The notes beneath the pieces were generated by a model. The model saw nothing but the letters and a program-made list of their open reading frames with translations, had not been told where the DNA came from and did no database searches. Below are positions 28,841 through 41,642 of a stretch of 64,000 nucleotides of DNA, in pieces. The stretch covers positions 2,092,303 to 2,156,302 of the forward strand of contig CM082582.2 in NCBI GenBank assembly GCA_040954595.2. The letters run 5' to 3'. The position numbers were made by a program, and so were the translations under genes. The first letter of the stretch is position 1, and each line of letters starts with the position of its first letter. Source of the DNA: Balanoglossus misakiensis. Lineage: Eukaryota > Animalia > Hemichordata.

Positions 28841-29457
28841 GTCCGTATTTTGACTCGTTGCTTTGCAACTCGTCAAAATACGGACATCACGAGAATGCGT
28901 CGCGTTATCGACCAAAATTCGTGTAATAACCCCTTTATCATACATGCCTACCTATAAAACAGTACGATTTGCGAAAATGCGCCGAGAAAAACAATTTCAA
29001 ATTTGAACGGGCGCCCTGGGATCACGGCAGTAGCCATGTTGTGACGTATGACGTGTGGGCCGTAGTATCATTTTAAGGGGGTTGGCAGCTTTCACTACGA
29101 TGGGCACATCCGCATTCAAAATAAAATTGTCTACGTTCTCTTTCAAACTATCATGTTAACAATTATTTTGCATTGAGAATTTCGAAGAAGTAAAAATGAT
29201 ACATTCAACATGGCAAAACAGCCAACTTTGAAAACATTATTATAGCTTCTAATAACCGAATTTTACAACACTGCTCTCCACTAGCGTCCTATGCCCCGTA
29301 CGTCGCTCGCACGCGCAGCGAACTGTCGTGCCGAGCGTTCTCAAAAATAGTTCGAGACGCGGAGTGAAGATATATTGCACTCAGTGTAATACCGTAAAAT
29401 ATCTTCGGGACGAGAACAATAGAAAGTGCCAAATACGGACGTTGCATGTATGATAAA
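28841..29457. mobile_element. Unclassified non-autonomous element end with hairpin and inverted motifs
   Basis: Hairpin gtccgtattttgac..gtcaaaatacggac at 28841-28885. tttatcatacatgc (28934) is inverted as gcatgtatgataaa (29444), and aaatacggac recurs at 29431. Confidence 0.45.
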
Positions 29458-29559
29458 ACAAAATATCCTACAAAATATAAAAGTTTTGAATTACCTATAA
29501 TTTGATTCCATTATAATTCTAAATAAGCCAATCCTATTAACTTAAATTTTAAAGTAATC

Positions 29560-30320
29560 AGCCTTACACTTTCTGGGAAATATAATTTTTCAAAATTGGA
29601 AAATATGCCCCCAAAATACAAGATATTGCCCACACAAAATATTGACACTTTCATCATTGGTTTTGTAAATTATCATGACAACTCAGGAAGGAACCTTTAA
29701 ATCAAATTTGAAAGCAATGGAGTAGAGGGTTCTGAGAATGAATTTTGAACAAAAATGGTTAAAATCACCACAAAAATATACTATTGAATTCTTCAAGTTG
29801 ATTTGAACATGCATGCAAATTTCCAAAGCGATCTTACGAGCGGTTTTACAGGAAAAAAATGATCAAAAATGTAAAAATTGCTCCAAAATTATAATTATGC
29901 AAATTTTGCAGCAATTTAAACAAAACTTTAGTATCTCAGATCACCTATATGAAGCTCCATACTAAATTTCAAAGCGGTGGGCTGATTAATTCCAGAAAGT
30001 AGGTTTTATTACCAAATATGTGGAAAAAGACAAAATATGCATAAAAAATGGAAAATTCACAGTATTAGCTCAAAACATACAGAATCATTATGACCAGTGG
30101 TTGTTGATTTTCTGAGTTTTGACCAAATTTAGGTTTTTCCCTGATAATTTACATATTTTGGGCAATGACAACTTTGTTTGAACAAACTCCCATCTACAGC
30201 CCGGTATGCATCTACACAACAAATATCGAGGTTGTACGCGCAGCGGTTTTCAAGTTTTTGATGTGGACGGACATACACCCATACATCCATACAGATGCAA
30301 CCAATCTCATAAGGTCCCAA
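29560..30320 (+). repeat. Interspersed repeat (Helentron/DINE-like), uninterrupted copy of the family at 52860-55258
   Basis: Collinear with 52920-53122 joined to 54586-55230. Shared blocks include caaaattggaaaatatgcc, gatcacctatatgaagctccatactaaatttcaaag, and gatgtggacggacatac with a short cata/catc microsatellite before cataaggtccca. Confidence 0.8.
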
Positions 30321-31306
30321 TCAAACAGAACATACTGTTCATCACAATTGTCTTCTGATTGGAATCTACGCTGGAAAAAGCAACAACAAATACTGATCCT
30401 CACCTGAAATCAAAGAGACAGACAAAAGCACTTATTTTGTCAGAATATTTATTTTATGTATGCAAAAATCCTAACATGACATTTCTGTCTACTTGTTTAG
30501 CATGATGGGAAAATTGTTAGAATAAAAATATTAAAGATATTTCTTCCTAATAAAAGTGCATATAATATCTAAATACTGTAGCAGTCTTGAAAGTACAATG
30601 AAATGTTTGTCAAAAGCTCTTCTTAAGGACTGCGTAACATACAGAACTCTCAGTACAAAAAAGCAATATGTGGAAAATACCAACTTAGCATCTTATGCAA
30701 TATGAAAGCTATGGAGGAATGGCGTCCCCTTCAGCACTATACATGATTCTACAGCCTCATGGGGTCATTATTCACACACACATAAAATGAATGGCTGATT
30801 ACATGAAATATTTTCGAAAGTTGTCACAGAAGGCTCTTGTTTTTGTTAACATAAAATGATAGGAAATTCAAGAAACGTAGAAAGCCATGACATGTGAATA
30901 TTGATATTAAAAATGTGATTTTAATAATATGGCAACTATGGTCACTTCCATATAACAGACTATATTTCTTAACATGCATGTAATAGTTTGATTCTAACAT
31001 GCTTGTCACGCTGTTCACCAAACACAAAACACACCAAAGTGGTTTATATGTTTCACAAGACATATGCCTATAACAGGGACATCATCAGTTCATACGTATG
31101 GCCAGTCTGGCTACAGAGGTGAACTGACAAAGTATATGCATGGGATTCTTTTATATCCTGTTGGTCACGTGACCAGTTTATATATTTTCTGCTATTTCCC
31201 TAGAGGGATTCATAGTCGATTCTATTTTCTTATCACATGACGGATTCTGGTGAATCATGACACAGTGTTAGCATGATGTATGTTATAAATACACATATTA
31301 CATACA

Positions 31307-32298
31307 CAGTCAGGACGTAAGTGGGGTAATTAAGGCGGTGAGATCAAAGAGATCTATTTGAATGTGAACGTCGCTGAGTGGCAGTTACGGCCAGTTGGAA
31401 AAATTTTCAAACGGAGATTTTCGGTACTACAAGTGATCGTAGTGCATCCATTTTTCTAAGACGTGTATGAAACACCATAGTCAATGATAGGATGATTTTT
31501 CGTGAAGTTTTAACGACGCGTTCCCGAGATAGACAGTTTCGGTATGTTGGTTTAAATAGTGGTCCTTGACTCTCGGCAAAGATTTCTTGTCTTGAAAAAA
31601 ATTGGGTAGGTTAGGAAGATATTGAACTAAGTTACCGTGAAATTATAATAGTGTGAGCCGCTCCGTTGTGGAGTAATGACGGTGTAAAAATTGCCTTCGC
31701 CATCGACGAGTACAGCCATGTTTGCCATATGTGTATGCATTGAAGTAGGTCAACGCATGTTAACCCATGACGTAATGGCTTCCTTTTCAACGCGTCGTTA
31801 TCTCTCATTAGCATATTACATACGGAGTCTATACACTATTCACGCTGACTGACTTCTCAGGACTGACCTATGGCACTGTAAATTGTGGTCCTTGACTCTC
31901 GGCATGGATATATTCATGTCAAAATTATGAATAGAGGAGTTTAATAATGTTTCTAAAACCTGAGGGGGTTAATTTTTGTGTGGGTATGGCTGATATTTTT
32001 TTTTTGATTTTTTAACTTCAAGGTCACTTTGAATTTCGTGATCACAATTTTGTCAGTGGAAGTAAAGAAATTCTTCTCGCTAAAACTTCATGAAAAATCA
32101 CATGTAGTACACTCATAGTACCAGTAATGTGCCTGGGGTGAAATAATTGTCAGAAATGGGTTGCAAGTTGCTTAACTTTCGTTGTGAAAAAAGTTGAAAA
32201 ACTGTATGCAAATGAGCAATTCAAACGTTACTGGCCAGTTTAAGTGTTTGCATTGCATGATCCCCTGCGGTTTAATTACCCCACTTACGTCCTGACTG
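31307..32298. mobile_element. Non-autonomous DNA transposon, 27-bp perfect TIRs, 5-bp TSD ATACA
   Basis: cagtcaggacgtaagtggggtaattaa ... ttaattaccccacttacgtcctgactg, flanked by ataca on both sides. Confidence 0.9.
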
Positions 32299-33359
32299 AT
32301 ACATACCGGTATTCAAATGAACTAATGGTTCTGTACAAATCCATTGTTTCTGTTGGAAAAGTTGGATGTCTACACAGGGAACTGGGGGTGAAAGGTGAGA
32401 GTGCTAAGAAAAAAGGCTGATGGTGATTTTCCATTATAATCTAACCTGTATACATGTGTGTGCTTAATCTTTCCCAATAATGCTGACACACAACAAGTTA
32501 ATTGTTTTACAAAACTCTCCTTGAGAGTCAAATGACGGCACCTGATATAAGCCCAAAGACTTCATTCTTTTCCACACACCACTTTTCTCTTTTCATAGAG
32601 CTCCATTTCAAATTGTGTACACAAACAATGTCATTGTCACTGCCCAAGCCCAAACTTTCAAATTACAATGTGACATTTCAAAACACTGTTAGACTTTCCA
32701 ATGAAACATTAACTCTGGATCGGTATCCATTCAAATAAGTGACAGCCCCGGGGTTACATTGTTGTTAATTTTGTTATAATGGTGATATTTAATTGTTTGG
32801 CTTTAACAAAAATTATGACATGGACGTATAAACGTGTTATGTCCACACATATGTCGTGAGTTCAGCTTCAATCTAATTTCATAATAAATTATTCAACAAC
32901 AAAAATAGAAAATGAACATCAAGAGCTAGTGACTTTGTGGCTTTCACAAGATAAATATACATTGCCCCATGCTAGAGTGTGATATTAACACGTCTTATAC
33001 AATCTACAAATCTCTGTATATAAACAAACACATTCATTATAGCTGCATTAGTTGGGTCACAGATAATCTGGAACCAGATAGGCTGACCTGAGCAATCCAT
33101 GTTTTTGCAAGTGTTGTATTGTCACTGTTATAGTGTGACTTCTTTGGTGTAATGCTCCAATGAACACATGAGTTTCAATTGGATAGATAAATGACCAATA
33201 ACACAAAGTCTGTGATTGGGTAATACAAATGATTGGTATACAACTGGAAGTTCTGACACTCAAAGAGCTGTCTACTGCTCTCTTCCCTGAGGGAGCGATA
33301 GAGAGTAACTTTAGAGATACATTCTCCAATGATCAGGAGTTAATAAGGTATTAGTCTAG

Positions 33360-33731
33360 TATATAGCTGTATTTTATCTGCTTTGCTTTCAAAAAACTAT
33401 GCATGCCACTGGCCCAATAAAGCATAATATCCCTTGCAGGGAATCGTGATGTAATTAGCATCCCTTTGAAGTCAATCACGGACTTTGTTTTTCCAATGAT
33501 TGGTCAAAGGATACATATGTGTGATTAAGGATTGGTACCATTTTAAATTTAAATTAGCCTTGCCTTTACTATCACCTTACACACAATCGCCATTGTTCAG
33601 TTAATGTCAGTGACTTTAAGGGGGATGCTAGTTACATCACAATTCCCAGCAAGAGCTATCAGGCTTTATTGGGCCAGTGGCATGCATGACTCTTGATGTT
33701 AGTTTTGGAAGTGGAAAAAATATGGCTATAT
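33360..33731. mobile_element. MITE with long imperfect inverted repeats
   Basis: atgcatgccactggcccaataaagc..gtgatgtaattagcatccc is inverted as gggatgctagttacatcac..gctttattgggccagtggcatgcat. Confidence 0.75.
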
Positions 33732-33732
33732 A

Positions 33733-33938
33733 CTGTAAAACATGAAATTTTCGCAACGGGAAATTTTCATAATATCAAATGTGGCAACTGTTATGCAACG
33801 ATTAATTATCGCATTCTCGAATTTCAATTCATCATTATTTCTGAAAAACATGTTTACGCGACTTTTTAGTTTTCGTGTTTTTTTAGCACTTGCATGATTC
33901 GGGCGAATTTATCTCTCATGAAAATTTCCCATTTTACA
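33733..33938. mobile_element. Short MITE (TA-CTGTAAAA family), related to 61556-61746
   Basis: tactgtaaaacatgaaatttt...aaaatttccccattttaca. The internal ctgttatgc..aattt/tcgcattctc is shared with the 61.6-kb copy. Confidence 0.65.
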
Positions 33939-34446
33939 TACATCCTAAGTATCTTTTTTTCTCACCAGAAGACAATGCACAGTTGCTTTGTGTATGGCAG
34001 ACTTTGTATTACAATAGACACTGACAACTAGTTACATCCGCCCAGCATACAAATATGGTTATATTGAAATAGGGCATTGTGATGGAAACAATGTAAAGCT
34101 AATGCAAGAATTAGTACAGACCGAGTATATTCTGTTACTACACTGGAATAACAATTTCGTGTTATTTGATCTGTTTCGAAATTATTTTTTTTTAAATCAA
34201 GGAACACTGAAGAATGAGTGGAGGTGATAGCTTTGGAATGGATATGTCTGTATACAGTAAATGAGAGTGATAAATATTCCAAATCCCCAACACTCGACTG
34301 TCTGGAATATTTGAAAATTCCCGCATACCTTGAGAAATTTTTGACATTTCTTTGGGCATCTGTGTTTCATTTAGTATATAGAAGTTACAATGGTAATAAA
34401 GGCATGAACAGTCTCCTGTTCATTATAGTCAGTTTCCTGTATAAAT

Positions 34447-34719
34447 TTATTGATTCAGAATATCAAAAAATCTCCGGTCATCAGCCAGCAGAGTACTACT
34501 TGATTTTTGCTGTGTTTGTTGCAAGCTGGGTGCCAAGCCCATCTGAGGTACCTTTGGTCGCGGCCTTGGCTGTTGTCCTAGTTACAGCTGTTGTTGTTGT
34601 TGTTGTTGTTGTGATAACTGCTGCTGTTGTTGTTGTTGTTGCCATGTTTGTTTTGTTGCTGCTGTTTGTTGTTTTGGTGGTGGAATGGTTGCTTGTGTTC
34701 TGCTGGCTTGTTGTTGCTG
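34447..34719 (-). pseudogene. MED25: MED25 last coding exon (poly-Q) with in-frame TAA
   Basis: caactgcag|QQQQASRT..QQQQL*LGQQPRPRPKVPQMG..LLADDRRFFDILNQ*. The premature TAA is at 34582-34584 and AATAAA overlaps the terminal stop. Confidence 0.75.
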
Positions 34720-34879
34720 CTGCAGTTGAATACAAACAAAACAGTTTTCTTTTAAAGTCACTTCACAGAAAATGGCAATGTATCAGGCGATATCTCTTTT
34801 TAATTTTCTTCACATTTGTCAATCAGACTGAAATTTAGGGCGGCATATAGTAACTGTACAATGGGAAATTGATTTAAGC

Positions 34880-35114
34880 TGTGTCTAAAATTTGATGGTT
34901 AGTTTCAGGACCCCCGTTGACCTAATTAATTATGTACACTCCTAATTCTAGGCTAACCAATAGATCTAGAAGTTTCGATTTTGTAGGACATAGATCAGTT
35001 TAGGATCAAAACTTTTTGACAAAATTGTGGGTATCCACAGCAGATAATCCTTGGCATTCTGTAGGAACCCTGGGAATTGCTTGGGCCTAGTGAACACTGC
35101 TTGCAGCTTTAATT
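34880..35114 (-). mobile_element. Dispersed Helentron/DINE-like terminal fragment homologous to the macro-repeat unit
   Basis: The reverse complement aattaaagctgcaagcag..ggttcctacagaa..ttttgatcctaaactgatctatgtcc..acttctagatctattggtta..tgtacataatt aligns with 20463-20690 and 21355-21570. Confidence 0.7.
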
Positions 35115-35508
35115 CACTATGTAATCAGATGCTGACATTTTGAAAAGAATATGATTTGAATTCTAAGCAGAGTTTTGTTAAAGGGTATTGATCGTCTAAC
35201 GCACACTTGCCAAAGCAGAGACTCTAGTTATAATTTTTTTATCTATGCCACAAGTGCTGTCTTAACAACAGACAAGGTGGCGGCAACCATAGTCTGTGTC
35301 ATAGATTAGGAAAAGACAGCAAATTGAGTGAAAAGAAGAGTCAAAACTAAATTCTTCTTATATGGCGTGCAAGAAATATAGAAGGAAGCGAAGGCAGTCC
35401 ACTATATGAATGCACGCACATAAAATTTGCAGATATTTGGATTGGACGTTATTTTGTACACACAAAATTAACGCAAGAAAACAAGAAAAGTAAACTCATG
35501 AATATTAA

Positions 35509-37006
35509 CACTTTCGCTGCGGGAGGGCATTTTCTGCGCCGGCAGTCAGAATGCGGGAGGCGCATAAATGCGCCAAGATCGCGTCCGTTACTTGGTCTGT
35601 TCTATTTTATGTTCGTTGCTTATTTACTCATTTTGTATGACTATATATAGGACAGGGGTCAACCCTAATTGAGCATGCGCATATGTATTGTAAACAATCA
35701 AGTCGATTTTGTCATCAAAGGGTTTCCTTATACAGCTGATTTTAGGTCGTCCCGATCATATTTTTTCATTCACTTGGTATTTAAAAATGGCGACATGGGC
35801 AAAGTTTGATGCCGACGAAGTTCTTGAACAAGTCTTTCAGGATAGTGACAGCGATCATAGCGATAGCGGAAGCCAAATTACGGACAACAACATCATAGAA
35901 CCAGAAATAGAAGCCAGACACGGAGACAACAGAGTAGAGACAGAGAGAGAGGGAGGGTTTTTGTCATGTTCTCGGACGTCGTAACGTTGATGGTGACACG
36001 CGGTGGGTTTTGTATGACGTAAATGACAATTACACACCGGACTTGTTGTCTGTATACGATCGTCGCTAAGGTTTATTAGTTGACACTGATGACTTTGCAC
36101 CGGTTGACTTTTTTCAGCTGTTCTTTCCTGGTGATGTGTTTGAGTTGATGTCATTGTCAGAGCAAACTGATATGTACACCGCACAATTTTTTGACAACCC
36201 TGCAATTGATGAGTTGCCCTTCCGGTCAAGATTTCGCTAGATGCCTACTTCACTGAATTAAATGAAGGCGTAGGTTTCTTTGCAAATCTTGATGGGACTT
36301 TGCCAGAAGTCTATGTTGTCAGAGTATTATATCCATTTGAAATGAATTGCCAAAACAGTACTATGCTAATGAATTTTTTTTAAATGTGTGTATATTCATA
36401 TTTACCAACCTTGATTTCTTCAACTTGCAATTCATTAAAACGTAGAGTATTTAATAAATTACTTAATTAATTTATTTTATTATTATTATTTATTTACAAG
36501 TTCAATCATTCACCTTTTCACTAATAATCTATATTTCTTTCTCAGATTTTAAACATGTATACATGTAAATGGTGGGCATGATTTGATAATTGTTTTTATG
36601 GTCCATTAATAAATTTGATCAAATTTCTTGCTCAAAAGTCACTTGTTATTCCCTTTTATACAGGGGGAAGTTGTTTTTGACTATGTTTGTCTGTCAGCTG
36701 TGATACAATGAATTAAATACAGTATTTCAGTCACTTATATTACAATATCTGTTGTTTTTACCATATTTCGACAGAAATCCATTATGGCTGCCAGTGTCAC
36801 ATGACCAATTAATGGTCATGTGACCATTTTTCAGTTTTATTATGTTGGTTGTCTTATAAAATATACTTGCTGGAAATATCGTTGCATATACTTTCATATT
36901 ACAAGAGATATAGAGGGTAAAGTAAAACATTGTTTATTAGTTAAATTTACCATAGGAAACTACGCACAGGAATACATTAGCATATATTAACTACGCAGTG
37001 AAAGTG
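35509..37006 (+). mobile_element. piggyBac deletion derivative with transposase N-terminal remnant
   Basis: ttaa-cactttcgctgcg ... cgcagtgaaagtg-ttaa. An acidic N-terminus (DSDSDHSDS) is followed by PVDFFQLFFP..EQTDMYTAQ..MKA*VSLQILMGL. Confidence 0.88.
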
Positions 37007-37010
37007 TTAA

Positions 37011-37065
37011 TAGATGTGGTGTGTATGGCCGATTTGAGGCAAATCGGTCATACCCACCACGTCTA
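37011..37065. repeat. 55-bp hairpin / mini-MITE with TAG...CTA ends
   Basis: tagatgtggtgtgtatggccgatttg-agg-caaatcggtcatacccaccacgtcta. Confidence 0.75.
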
Positions 37066-37314
37066 AATCTGTGTGGGGAAAAGTTGTCATGTTGGGCAAA
37101 TAGTGCATTGAATTTATTCTGTGTGACTTTCAGGTCTTCAATACATTAAAATAATTTTGGGAATGGCACAGACCAATGTTATTTGTACCATCAAGAAAGC
37201 TCCTTTTTGAGAAAACTGATTTTATTTTTCCCCACATAACAATTCCCAGAAGTGCCACTGGTACCAGTCTTGGTTTTCAAAATATTCACTGTACACATTA
37301 TTATGACAACTTAC

Positions 37315-37561
37315 TTGTAAGAGGTGACTTAGTTGTTGATTTGTTAATTGTATATTGGATGGCTGTGCTTGCACTGCTTGTTGTTGTTGTTGTTGTTGGG
37401 CTCTCTGTTGTTGTAACCTTTGTAATTGCTGTTGTTGTTGATGTTGTTGTCTTAGTGCTATGAGTGGACTTTGTCTGGCATGTTGATCTTGCTGTTGTTT
37501 CAATTCAAGTTCTTTTTTTCTGTGCCATCTCTAGATTCTTCTGCAGTGCTTGAATATTCCT
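37315..37561 (-). pseudogene. MED25: MED25 Q-rich exon with LxxLL box, +1 frameshift (247 nt)
   Basis: ctttcag|RNIQALQKNLEMAQKK / ELELKQQQ...TNQQLSHLLQ|gtaagt. An A7 run (T7 at 37513-37519) shifts the frame. Confidence 0.8.
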
Positions 37562-38195
37562 CTGAAAGATCAAGCAAAGAAAAGTGTAAACAGTCAAACA
37601 TTGTCATGTGTGTCAATCTACCTACAGGTAACTGACTACAGGAGCTTCAGCCAATCCAAGCTTTTCACTTGAAATCAATTTAAAACTCAGTAACTCCAAC
37701 TTCGGGTTATTTTCTCAATACTTTTGTTTTGGTGGTCACCTTTCATTGAACAATGAATGGGCAAGTGCTCGCTCACTTCTTCAGTGAATTTCACCGTTTG
37801 TTTATCCTATCATAAACACTTGGGCACCGCAGTCCTTTGGACAAAATTATTCATGTGTGGTGATTTAAAATCAATGCTGCAAGAAGCAGAATTAATCACA
37901 GGATTAACGGCTTCTGATTGAAAAATACTAAATGCTTAATATGCCATATGCCGCATACAGAGTGATCACATTAGTCAATTGGACCGCTGTTCAAAATGGC
38001 TAAAATGATGGCAACGTTTTAATATTATATTTATTTTACAAAACCTTGCATCTGAGCTTTACTTTAAAGTACTTCCATTTACTAGTAGTACAAGTACACA
38101 TCAGTTAACATTGACAGCTAGGCATGACATCATACAGTCCCAACAGAATAGAACAACTATTTGTACATTTCTGAATACGGCAAGTAGTACGTCAA

Positions 38196-40914
38196 CCCTA
38201 CGGGAACTATTGTTAGTTGTAGCAGAGTTTGCTGCAACAATTGTCTAAGGCCCATTTCCTTTTGTTATATTTCCGTAAAAACTACCGCAACTCCTTTACG
38301 GCAAGCCATTAACAAAGGAAGCTTAACACCTCTACCCGTAAATACTGCTGCAACACCTGTCAATTAGCCCCCACAGAGTGATGCCTTTTGTTCAAGGTGT
38401 TGATTATTTTGCTACAACTAGAGTGATTGACAGGTCTAGAACTAGAGTGCAACATTTTTGCAACAGGTCACTGCAACATTGTATCACAAAGTTTACAAAA
38501 GAAGCTCTGTCTAAAAATAAAATGGCAAAGGGCTGACATCAAATACCAATGAAGTCAGTTTTGGAATGATGTTATGTTCATGGACTAAGTCTGAACTCTC
38601 TTGGTAACAGAACAGTCTGTGGACATGAACAGAGGTCAACACATCCCTACCCCAGTGTTGTAGAATGCACATGTTTTGCTGGGGTTTCTTTTCTTTCAAG
38701 GAGCTGGACCAATTAATATTTGAGAGATACAGCATGACCAATGGAAAATCAAACACAATGACGCATTTCACAATTGGGTTTAGCTTAAAAGACATTGGCT
38801 TTCATTTTTTTTGACCTGCTGCCCCCCCCCCCCCTTACATGAAGACCCTGATAATAAATAGTAGGCTTGTTTACAAAATAATGTTGGCCTGCAGTACCAC
38901 GATCCGCTGCAGTTTGATCTTTAGAACATACAAGTTTTGAGAGTCTTGACTATAATTTTGAAGGGTTTCATAAGTAGTAATGGTCTGTATTATTTCAATA
39001 TTCTATTATTACGGCAATGGATATACACACATTTTCCGACGGGCAGTGCTTGAACATGATGGGAAGTGACTGGCAGCAATTAGTTGGCCGGTTTGGGATG
39101 AATGACCTACATGTTTACTCATTATATATTCACGCAATTTGTTTAGTCTAAGCAAGCCCCTGCACTTGGCAGAATTTGGATACAATTTGCCTGTCAATCA
39201 TTGTCTGGCTACCTCTTGCCCCCAAAGTCCGCGCCTGATAAAATACATTCAATGAGCGACCTTTATATCCAGACAGAGAGGGGGTGGCCGCAGTGAATGA
39301 ATTGATGGTAAGTTTCAAATTCACATGTAAAATTTTAACATTTTCTGTTCAAATCCAGCCAGTTCAATGTATTGTTTAATCAACATTCCTGAAATAAAAA
39401 AGTTGACAACAAAGTGATTACTACGAGCGGGCATGCATGACAGTATTGATCGCTGAACTTTCAACAAAATACACTGGTATAGTCGTTTAGTCCAAATGCG
39501 TCTTTGTCAAGCTCTCGGGTGCGTGAATATTCATGAGAAACTTATTACTGCGAACGTACATTCACAACGTGAAACTAGTCCTATTATTTCAGAGCACTTG
39601 CCAAATGGTCAAATCATGGTGGTAAAAGATGAGTGGCCGGCAAGACCAGGCCTAGACGTCCTCCACCTGTGTCAAACGGCTTTTGATGTGAATAATACTT
39701 TGTATAAATTACGAGGTCAACATGTGTGGTACTGCCGGTAGTATCGATCGATCGACCTGGTAAAAAGATGAGCGGCTAGACGTCCTGCTGCCGTGTCTAA
39801 CGGCTTTTGACGTGAATAATAATTTGAATAAATTACGAGGTCAACATGTGGCCGATTTCATCATGTAAATAAAAAGCACATGGGTCCAAAAGTTTCAGGC
39901 ACTCTGATATGCATAGTGGTGTCAGAGGTGTTTCCCACACCAAAACTTAGAAGACAGTCATTTCAATTACGGTCTCCTGCCAAACTCAACACATGCGCAC
40001 AAAATGGAACTGCAACTTTATTCACAAATCTGCAGAATTCTAGTGCAAAAAACAGACAAACTCAAAATACAAATCGCACCATGGTTCACTCTGAATTATT
40101 TGGACTTTCACTGGGCCATGTCTCTGCTTGATAGCGTCAGGTTTGCAACACATTGTTGCCAAATTTACACATATTGACAAGGTAATCAAAACAACAGGTG
40201 TTTTATTACTCGGGGTATCACTAATGCCAGGGAGGTCCGTCTGCGTCTATTTGGTCACCAGCATGGCACACGTCCTGTAATTATAATTGCTGTTTTGAGT
40301 GCGTCTTTACCTAATTTGAATATCCTGATCAGGTTGTTGGCAGTGCCCTAGTTGTCTCAAAATGTACATTGATACAAACAATTGCAACATATTAGTCAAT
40401 ACCCTGCCAACTTATGCCAAGTGTACATGTTGTTATGGAAGTTTATTTTTAGAACCGCTTGCGTTCTGCATAGGTCACAACACAAAACTTTGAAGCCCGT
40501 CAGCTAGCCCTGCATAGCGTATGTAAAGCTACTGAGACAGGGGAAATATTAGTAAGATTGACAACTGACTTGCTCGCTATCAAGATTTAGAAGGAATTTA
40601 TTTGCTTAGTGAGGCCAGGACATTAATTGCCCCCAACCAAGCAAAATCCACGTGGGTGGAGCTCATTATCACACATAGACATTGCTACAACTATTGTTCA
40701 CATCAGGGTGATAATCACCTCCCCATTAGCCCTTCTTGCCATAACACCTGCCCCAAATTGCTGTAATGGAGCACACATTCTTTTGTTTCAAACTACGGGA
40801 ACCTTTGTAGTCGTAAACTAAGACAAAAAACATCAATTAACCAACAAAAGAGGTGTTGCCGTAACATCTCTGCTACAACACTGCTACAACTAGTGCGGGA
40901 ACTTTCCCGTACAG
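38196..40914. mobile_element. Possible CMC/EnSpm-like non-autonomous element with subterminal repeats
   Basis: ccctacgggaact ... actttcccgtacag. gct(a/g)caac and ttgtagc motifs cluster at both ends, and there is an internal two-copy duplication at 39622-39850. Confidence 0.4.
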
Positions 40915-41472
40915 TTTAGTTGTTGTAAGCTGTTCGGACTGTAGATGTAGGACTTCCAAATGGACATTCTGAACAGTGGGGGCGCTCTATCACGGTGGGA
41001 TTTAATGAACATGTGTATTTAATTTCATCACTCAGATTTGTCCATGGAAACTGTGTATTTTAACATACGCTTATAGTTAATGCATTTGCTGTATCTAGTC
41101 ATATTACAGTAATACACCAGACATATTCTTAACTCAACTCAATGTGTGTAAGTTCAATTTCTGACCACACTCAGATTACCCAAGTACATGTGACCAACTC
41201 TACTGCAAGTATAAAGACTTGAACTCCGGAAAACTAGTCACCTACAATACTTGAAATGGAGCCACATCCAAAACTTGACTTTGAGATCTTTTATGAAATC
41301 AGTTTTCCTTTTAGAATTAGAACTCCCATGCAATTTTTGTGACAGAAGAAATAAAGAGATTCCCAGAAAAAAAACAGTTTCCTCTTTAAAGATCCAGCCT
41401 TACCATAGAAAATAAAGGGTTTAGACTGAACCATGGTGGTGAAAGGGTTAAGCCAGAGCATGTATCAAAATA

Positions 41473-41642
41473 CAGTAAAACCTGTCTCAACCGAACCCTG
41501 TCTAATCTGGAAACATGTCTATTTCAAAGACATTGTTCAAACCTTTTGACATAGAACCACATGTTGAAAGAACCTCTTTAAATTGGACACCTGCAATCTG
41601 AACAATTTCTTCAGTCCCTTTGGTGTTAGACGGGTTTGACTG
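41473..41642. mobile_element. Tc1/mariner MITE, TA TSD
   Basis: ta-cagtaaaacctgtct ... agacgggtttgactg-ta. Confidence 0.85.

Noticed and set aside
34218-34838. 206-aa Val-rich 'membrane protein' (also 37176-37463, 62713-62919) and Thr-rich ORF 34496-34735
   Set aside because: These are antisense or shifted-frame readings of MED25 CAA/ACA-rich exons.
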